The translations under genes and the position numbers were made by a program. Shown here one piece after another: positions 58,263 to 64,000 of a DNA stretch of 64,000 nucleotides (the stretch's first letter is position 1; the number at the start of each line of letters is the position of its first letter). Under the pieces are notes generated by a model that was not told the DNA's origin, made no database searches, and worked only from the letters and a program-made list of their open reading frames with translations. This DNA is from Candidatus Thorarchaeota archaeon (GTDB lineage: Archaea > Asgardarchaeota > Thorarchaeia > Thorarchaeales > Thorarchaeaceae). The DNA lies in contig JAGSHN010000004.1 in the NCBI GenBank assembly GCA_029855935.1, positions 118,022 through 182,021 on the forward strand. The letters are read 5' to 3'.

Positions 58263-59630
58263 GTGAATGAGGTGTGTCCGTTGGATGACGATTTGGCTGG
58301 ATATGGTGGTCTTGTTCTCGAGAAGCTCCTGCAGGCCAATATTCACGTTGGCGACCGTGTCCGCGTGACTCATAGAGGGCAGCGATACGAGGGCACACTC
58401 ATGCCTCGAGCCCAAGTTGGAGCTGACCCTGACCACCTTGTGCTAAAGTTGGACAGTGGCTACAATATTGGTATCAGGGTGACACGCGAGTCCACTGTGG
58501 AAAGAGTCTTTGGAGCCAAGCGACACCGGCGCCGCAAGTCTGATACAATCACATCATCTCCTGATCTTCCTCAAGTGACAATCCTCTCCACTGGCGGCAC
58601 GATTGCCAGCCGCGTGGACTATCGCACGGGGGCTGTCAATCCGGCCCTTACTGCAAGGGATTTCTATGATGCAGTACCAGAGCTAGGGACCTATGCCAAC
58701 ATCTCCGCACGTGTTGTCATGAGCAAGTTTTCGGAAGACCTGACCCCCGCGGACTGGACCCTTCTGGCGAAGCGAATCGCCTCCGAGATTCGTCGAGGCG
58801 TCGATGGTGTTGTTGTAGCTCACGGTACCGACACAATGGGTCTAACAGCAGCAGCTCTCTCTTTTGCATTACAGAATCTTCCAGTGCCTATAGTCCTTGT
58901 TGGATCGCAGCGTTCGTCTGACCGGCCTTCTTCCGATGCAGCAATGAACCTGATTGCAGCAACACGAGTCGCGGCGCACGCCGACATTGCTGAGGTGATG
59001 CTTGTGATGCACGGGCAGACGGACGATGCATTTGCCCTTGCTCACAGGGGTTCACGAGCCCGGAAATGCCACACCAGCCGTCGGGATGCTTTTCGATCAA
59101 TCAATGCCTCCCCGCTTCTCAAAGTGACCGAGTCAGAGATCGTCGAGGTCGGTACACCACTGGGTCGACGAGATCCCTCTAGGCGGCTAAGGGCGCGTCC
59201 CCGTTTTGAACCCCGCGTGGCACTACTGAAGACGTGCCCAGGTCTGGACGGCTCAGTCATCCGTTACCTCATTGAAGCGGGTTACAAGGGCCTTGTCATT
59301 GAGGGGACCGGACTAGGTCACGCGCCAAGGTATCTGCAGCCTGCCATCCGCGATGCAGTGGACGCGGGAATGGTGGTTGCTATGACCTCCCAGTGCATCT
59401 GGGGCCGAGTTGATATGAATGTCTATCGCTCAGGTGTCGAGTTGCTCGACATAGGAGTTATCCCCTGTGAGGACATGCTGCCTGAAACAGCGCTAGTGAA
59501 AATGATGTGGCTTCTTGCGAACTTCAGGACGCCCCAGCGAGTCGCCGAACTTCTTCGAACCCCTCTGGCTGGCGAAATCTCCATGCGCTCTTTGCTGACT
59601 GCCGAACCTACAGGAGGCTACAAGCAATGA
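58263..59630 (+). CDS. gatD: Glu-tRNA(Gln) amidotransferase subunit D
   Basis: KLDSGYNIG, TGGTIASRVDY.TG, HGTDTM, GSQRSSDRPSSD. Confidence 0.96.
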   Translation: MNEVCPLDDDLAGYGGLVLEKLLQANIHVGDRVRVTHRGQRYEGTLMPRAQVGADPDHLVLKLDSGYNIGIRVTRESTVERVFGAKRHRRRKSDTITSSPDLPQVTILSTGGTIASRVDYRTGAVNPALTARDFYDAVPELGTYANISARVVMSKFSEDLTPADWTLLAKRIASEIRRGVDGVVVAHGTDTMGLTAAALSFALQNLPVPIVLVGSQRSSDRPSSDAAMNLIAATRVAAHADIAEVMLVMHGQTDDAFALAHRGSRARKCHTSRRDAFRSINASPLLKVTESEIVEVGTPLGRRDPSRRLRARPRFEPRVALLKTCPGLDGSVIRYLIEAGYKGLVIEGTGLGHAPRYLQPAIRDAVDAGMVVAMTSQCIWGRVDMNVYRSGVELLDIGVIPCEDMLPETALVKMMWLLANFRTPQRVAELLRTPLAGEISMRSLLTAEPTGGYKQ

Positions 59631-61546
59631 CAGAGGAATACTATGAGCAGATTGGTCTGCGGGTGGGGCTCGAGCTTCATCAGCAGCTCGACACCCCACG
59701 GAAGCTGTACTGTCACTGCCCCCCTGTTATCCGTGAGGACCCCCCGCATGGGGGGTTCATCCGGAGACTTCGTCCCACTCGGAGCGAGATGGGCGAGGTA
59801 GATCCTGCTGCTCTATTTGAGTTTCAGCGGAAGAAGAGGTTCTATTACGAGTATTACAGAGACACCACCTGTCTTGTGGAAGCTGATGAAGAGCCTCCAC
59901 ATGATTTGGACCCTGTTTCTGTCGACATCTGCCTGATGATGGCCCGTTTTCTTAACGCTACTCCGGTGGATGAGATACACCCGATGCGGAAAATCGTCAT
60001 AGATGGCAGCAATACAACGGGCTTCCAGCGTACCGCAGTGGTGGCCCTTGGAGGCTATGTCAATGTCGGGGAAGAACGAATCGGTATTCAGACAATCTGT
60101 CTCGAAGAGGACGCTGCTCGGAAGATGGCTGATAACGAGAAGGAAAACCTTCGAGTTTATCGTCTGGACCGGCTTGGCATCCCTCTTATCGAGATTGCAA
60201 CGGCTCCTGATATTCACACTCCAAGACAGGCACAGGAAGTGGCTCTGAAACTTGGTTTCCTCCTACGTTCTACACGCCGTGTCAAGCGTGGTCTCGGGAC
60301 AATCAGGCAGGACGTGAATGTATCGATTCGAGGAGGAGGAATTGTCGAGATAAAGGGGCTTCAACAACTTGAGATGCTCTCACGCGTCGTAGAGCTCGAG
60401 GTTCAACGGCAAGTACAGCTACTAGAGATTCGGGACGAGTTGTTGCGGCGTGGAATATCTCCGTCTATGATCACCGACGAGATACTCGATGTTACTGACA
60501 TCTTCTCAGAATCGAAGTCGAAGCTCATACAGCAATCGCTGAAACGTGATGGTGTGGTGTTCGCTGTGCGACTGCCGGGGTTCGCAGGTCTGATGGGTCG
60601 TGAGATTCAGCCAGAACGGCGTCTTGGCACCGAACTCTCTGACCATGCTAAGTTCTGGGGTGGAGTTGGTGGAATCTTTCACACCGACGAGCTGCCGGGG
60701 TACGGAATCACTGAGGAGGAAGTGCGTCGTCTTCGTGAGGCTGTTGGTGCGAGCATCAATGATGGAGTTGTCATCGTTGCAGACTATGAACGCAAGGCCA
60801 GAGATGCACTTGAGGCGGTTCTCCGGCGAGCACGTGAGGCGGTAAAGGGAGTTCCTCCAGAAACGCGTGTTCCCCTATCTAACGGGTGTACGAAATATGC
60901 ACGTCCGCGTCCAGGTGCCGAGCGGATGTACCCTGAAACGGATGTGCGCCCTGTGAAGATTACTCCTGACTGGTTGAAACGGATTGCACAGAACATGCCC
61001 GAAACACTGGAGGAGAAGGAGGATCGGTTTGTCAGAGAATACGGGTTAAGCACCGAGCTGGCCTCCAAAATTGTGAGGTCTCTCCATCTCGATTTGTTTG
61101 AGGACATAGTTGAGCGCGCCTCCGTACCACCGACGCTTGTGGCCGCCACCCTAGAGAACACCCTCGTCAGTCTTAAGCGCGATGGAGTACCTGTTGACCA
61201 GCTGTCTGTGGAGCACTTCGAGACACTGTTTCAGGGTGTCGAGGAGGGACGCATTGCCGCAGAGGCAATTCCTGAGATACTTACCTACTTCGCAAACAAC
61301 CCCACTGCAAGTCTTGACGATGCCCTATCAGCTACAGGTCTTGGTACTATCGATGAAGAAGCCGTCCGACACCTAATAGCGGCAGCCGTGAAAGAACGTC
61401 TTGATTTCGTGCGCAGTCAGCAGGAGCGGGCCGTCGGTGGGATAATGGGTATTGTGATGAAAGAGCTCCGTGGCAAGGCCGACGGAAAGCTGGTGAAGGA
61501 GTTGGTGGTCCAAGAGATTAGACGGGTCCTTGAGAATGGTGCCTGA
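59627..61546 (+). CDS. gatE: Glu-tRNA(Gln) amidotransferase subunit E
   Basis: GLELHQQL, DEEPPH, MRKIVIDGSNTTGFQRT, RGLGTIRQD, PG.ERMYPETD. Confidence 0.96.
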   Translation: MTEEYYEQIGLRVGLELHQQLDTPRKLYCHCPPVIREDPPHGGFIRRLRPTRSEMGEVDPAALFEFQRKKRFYYEYYRDTTCLVEADEEPPHDLDPVSVDICLMMARFLNATPVDEIHPMRKIVIDGSNTTGFQRTAVVALGGYVNVGEERIGIQTICLEEDAARKMADNEKENLRVYRLDRLGIPLIEIATAPDIHTPRQAQEVALKLGFLLRSTRRVKRGLGTIRQDVNVSIRGGGIVEIKGLQQLEMLSRVVELEVQRQVQLLEIRDELLRRGISPSMITDEILDVTDIFSESKSKLIQQSLKRDGVVFAVRLPGFAGLMGREIQPERRLGTELSDHAKFWGGVGGIFHTDELPGYGITEEEVRRLREAVGASINDGVVIVADYERKARDALEAVLRRAREAVKGVPPETRVPLSNGCTKYARPRPGAERMYPETDVRPVKITPDWLKRIAQNMPETLEEKEDRFVREYGLSTELASKIVRSLHLDLFEDIVERASVPPTLVAATLENTLVSLKRDGVPVDQLSVEHFETLFQGVEEGRIAAEAIPEILTYFANNPTASLDDALSATGLGTIDEEAVRHLIAAAVKERLDFVRSQQERAVGGIMGIVMKELRGKADGKLVKELVVQEIRRVLENGA

Positions 61547-61626
61547 TTCGTCTGTTTCTCAGTAAGACCTTCGGTAACTTTAATATGCTCACGAGATGCG
61601 AAATCCCTGTTGATGTGACATAGTGT

Positions 61627-61767
61627 GCCGCAGTGGCCTAGCCTGGTTAGGGCGCGAGACTCATAATCCTGCCGAGGTGATCGGCGGAAGACACGGGGTC
61701 ATAAAGTCTCATAGGCCCGAGATGAGACATCTCGAAGTCGAGGGCTCAAATCCCTCCTGCGGCACCA
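61627..61767 (+). tRNA. tRNA-Met(CAT), elongator type, with 63-nt 37/38 intron (61666-61728)
   Basis: Acceptor GCCGCAG/CTGCGGC-ACCA; CGAGA-CT-CAT-A / A-TCTCG; BHB CTCA-TAA / TGAG-ACA. Confidence 0.88.
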
Positions 61768-61825
61768 CTCCCTATGTGCAACATTATCCTTTTATGCGAA
61801 TCATGCAGGGAGGCAATTCAGAAGC

Positions 61826-61902
61826 GCCCCAGTAGCAAAGTGGCCTACTGCGCCTGACTTGTAATCAGGAGATCGCGAGTTCGAATCTCGCCTGGGGCTC
61901 CA
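61826..61902 (+). tRNA. tRNA-Thr(TGT)
   Basis: Acceptor GCCCCAG/CTGGGGC-TCCA; CCTGA-CT-TGT-AA-TCAGG; GTTCGAAT. Confidence 0.95.
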
Positions 61903-61920
61903 CTCTTCTCAAACTATGCC

Positions 61921-63159
61921 TCATTTTCTTGTCATTCTATTTGCTGCCGCCTCAAGGGCCTCAATCAATGGAAGCCTCTTACCTGCCAAGAAGGCCATCG
62001 TGGCCCCCCCGCCAGTACTTATGTGGGATATTCTATTGGCCAGCTCCATACTTCTTGCCACGGCACCAAGGTGGCCCCCACCAACGACAGTTGTGCCCTT
62101 ACAATCTGCCATTGCATTAAGAATAGAGCGAGTCCCACTGGCGAATTTCCGTTTCTCAAAGAAGCCCATCGGCCCATTTGCAAAGACTAGTCGTGCCTGC
62201 CTAATTACTTCTGCATATGTTGCCATTGTTCTCGGGCCGATATCAAGGATGGGCCCACCACCTGCTTCCTCAACCGGAGTGTCGATTCGCTGTCCGTCCA
62301 TCTCAATAGCGACATCGGCTGGCAGGAGGAGGTGGTCGGAATAGTCAGACAGTATCGCCTCGGCAACCGCTTCGGCCTCGCTAAACTCCTTGATTGATGC
62401 TGCGTAGTGGCGGGGGAGGATTCCACTTACCACCAAGAATAGTGTCGCAATGAGACCACCTGTCAGTACTCTGTCAGCGCATCCAGCTTCAAGAACTCTC
62501 CTCATCAGAGCCACTTTGTCACCTACCTTTGCTCCACCCATGGCAAACACGCGTGGTTCTGCACTCGAGGATAGGACCTCTGTGAGGACTGAAATCTCTC
62601 TCTCTACAAGGCGTCCTGCGACCGAGGGTAGGTATACCGTGAAACCGATGACTGATGGTTGCGGCCTGTGAGCCGTACCAAATGCATCGTTAACGAAGAG
62701 GTCGAAGTAGGGGTATAGCTCTTGAACAATCGGTTCTTTTGCAACGATCTCTGGAGGTCCCTTCTTCATCTCACCATCGAACATCCTCACGTTCTCTAGG
62801 ACTAAAACCTGCCCCACCTCAACCTGCTCGATTGCCTGCTTCGCACGTTCTCCAAAGATATCATCGACAAAGGTGGCGTTAAGGCCTAGCTGTCGGAGCC
62901 GCTCCGCATGCTGCCTCAACGAAACGAAGTCTTTGCTGCCTGGTCGCCCTTGGTGGGCCATCAGCACGACTCTACTGTCCCTTAGTTCCCTCAGAGTTGG
63001 TGCTGTCGCCCGAATCCTTGAATCGTCGGTGATTCCCCTTGTTTCGGGGTCAAGTGAACAGTTCAAGTCTGCTCTGACTAGGATCCGCTTCCCTTTGACG
63101 TCAACATCATCCAAGGTCATAAAGGACAGACCCATCCGCTTCACCTTGCTCATAAACAT
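61921..63159 (-). CDS. pgk: Phosphoglycerate kinase
   Basis: VRADLN, AHQGRP, LENVR, NDAFGTAHR, GGAKV.DK, NGPMG.FE, STGGGA. Confidence 0.96.
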   Translation of the reverse strand: MFMSKVKRMGLSFMTLDDVDVKGKRILVRADLNCSLDPETRGITDDSRIRATAPTLRELRDSRVVLMAHQGRPGSKDFVSLRQHAERLRQLGLNATFVDDIFGERAKQAIEQVEVGQVLVLENVRMFDGEMKKGPPEIVAKEPIVQELYPYFDLFVNDAFGTAHRPQPSVIGFTVYLPSVAGRLVEREISVLTEVLSSSAEPRVFAMGGAKVGDKVALMRRVLEAGCADRVLTGGLIATLFLVVSGILPRHYAASIKEFSEAEAVAEAILSDYSDHLLLPADVAIEMDGQRIDTPVEEAGGGPILDIGPRTMATYAEVIRQARLVFANGPMGFFEKRKFASGTRSILNAMADCKGTTVVGGGHLGAVARSMELANRISHISTGGGATMAFLAGKRLPLIEALEAAANRMTRK

Positions 63160-63379
63160 TCTCGCGAAATCGCATCAATAGTTACACTATCTGCTCTCCT
63201 CAAAAAGATGCTGGCCTAATCCTAGCCCCTTCGTCGGGCACATGTTTATTTTCGCTTATGTCTAGCCATGCGCTGCCGGTATCATCATAAGACAGTGGTA
63301 TCACAAGAACCCAAGAGAAAGCTAAAATACTGCACGCGTATCTGAGATAACGTGAGTCGTACCAGCGGGTGATGATAGT

Positions 63380-63981
63380 TTGCAACAAGATGCCTTCCTA
63401 CCGAGTCTTACTGGGCTTTTCACTTCTCTGTCAGACTTCTTGAACAATGTTGGTATTCCATTGGGCCCAGGTGACCTCTTTCTGCTGACCTATACGATTA
63501 TTGTGGTAGCAGTCATCGCCCTCTTGGTACGGCGGAGTTCGCAGGGCCGAGGCCTTCCCGAGGGCATTGCCAAGATAATCGCTTCCACCGGCGATGTTTC
63601 TGCAGGCATCGTCGGCGCCAAGAAACTCAAGTTTATTCGAGAGCCCGCTGATGCGCTCGCTTTTCTAAGGATTGAAGAGAACGCAATCCAACAGGCGCTT
63701 GCCGCCGTGCAGTACTTCTTGGACCGCGGTGAGATTGATCAGAGCGTGGCCGACAGACTCCTGTCCTCATACCAAGACCGTCTAGCCTCTGTGCGTGAGG
63801 CAATCGCAAAGACAGAGGGCATCAAGGAGATTGTCGATCTATCAAGCGAGGTTGATCGTACTCGCTCCGACTACCTTCGGAAGATTGCCCTGATGTCTGG
63901 GAGGGCTGTAGAAGCTGAGGAAACCCCTGGCCCCCCGAGCGTGGGGATGCCTGAGAAGACTAGTACGACAACGCCCAGTGG
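63380..63981 (+). CDS. Single-TM membrane protein with cytoplasmic coiled coil (3' truncated; not in the ORF track)
   Basis: Manual translation from TTG 63380 (GGTGAT upstream): ..DLFLLTYTIIVVAVIALLVRR..LRIEENAIQQAL..GEIDQSVADRLLSSYQDRL; open to the adapter. Confidence 0.65.
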
Positions 63982-64000
63982 CTGTCTCTTATACACATCT
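63982..64000 (+). other. Tn5 mosaic end / Nextera adapter (library artefact)
   Basis: Exact CTGTCTCTTATACACATCT at the sequence end. Confidence 0.95.

Noticed and set aside
59842-59857. CTATTAC/GTATTAC pair 9 bp apart inside gatE
   Set aside because: Explained by Tyr-Tyr-Glu-Tyr-Tyr codons and lies outside the enriched zone.
1-64000. CRISPR arrays, rRNA genes, transposases, and the many short antisense ORFs in the track
   Set aside because: No repeat-spacer array, rRNA or transposase motifs seen; the short ORFs overlap well-supported genes and lack motifs.

Overview
Archaeal chromosomal segment, about 52% GC by eye. It is most likely Asgard (Thorarchaeia-like), inferred from the MglA-type GTPase plus roadblock genes, Rpo8, GINS23, GatDE and intron-rich tRNAs. 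It is mostly housekeeping: replication (cdc6/orc1, rfcL/S, GINS), transcription (tfe, TFB paralog, rpo8, MBF1), translation and tRNA modification, pan, nac, iorAB, korA, hypF, glmS, pgk, a split LKR/SDH pair and 7 tRNAs. Five tRNAs carry BHB introns, three at non-canonical sites. The headline signal lies at 39.5-52 kb and has three parts. (i) A symmetric oriC candidate at 39.88-40.09 kb: palindrome / ORB / AT-rich spacer / ORB / identical palindrome. (ii) A two-gene operon for an ExeA-like AAA+ ATPase and a tailed ribbon-helix-helix protein at 48.7-50.0 kb. (iii) At least 16 exact GTA(A/T)TAC heptamers, many in 9-bp-period arrays, confined to this ~12 kb and including the operon's own promoter. 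Together these suggest an undescribed origin-proximal, non-ParA chromosome partition/organisation system. Other notable items are a roadblock / DENN-like / MglA-type GTPase operon and scattered pilus or DNA-transfer genes (VirB2-like and Flp-like pilins, VirB4/HerA-like and VirB11/TadA-like ATPases, Ig-repeat surface proteins). The last 19 nt are a Tn5/Nextera adapter artefact. All annotations are by motif recognition; no searches were run.
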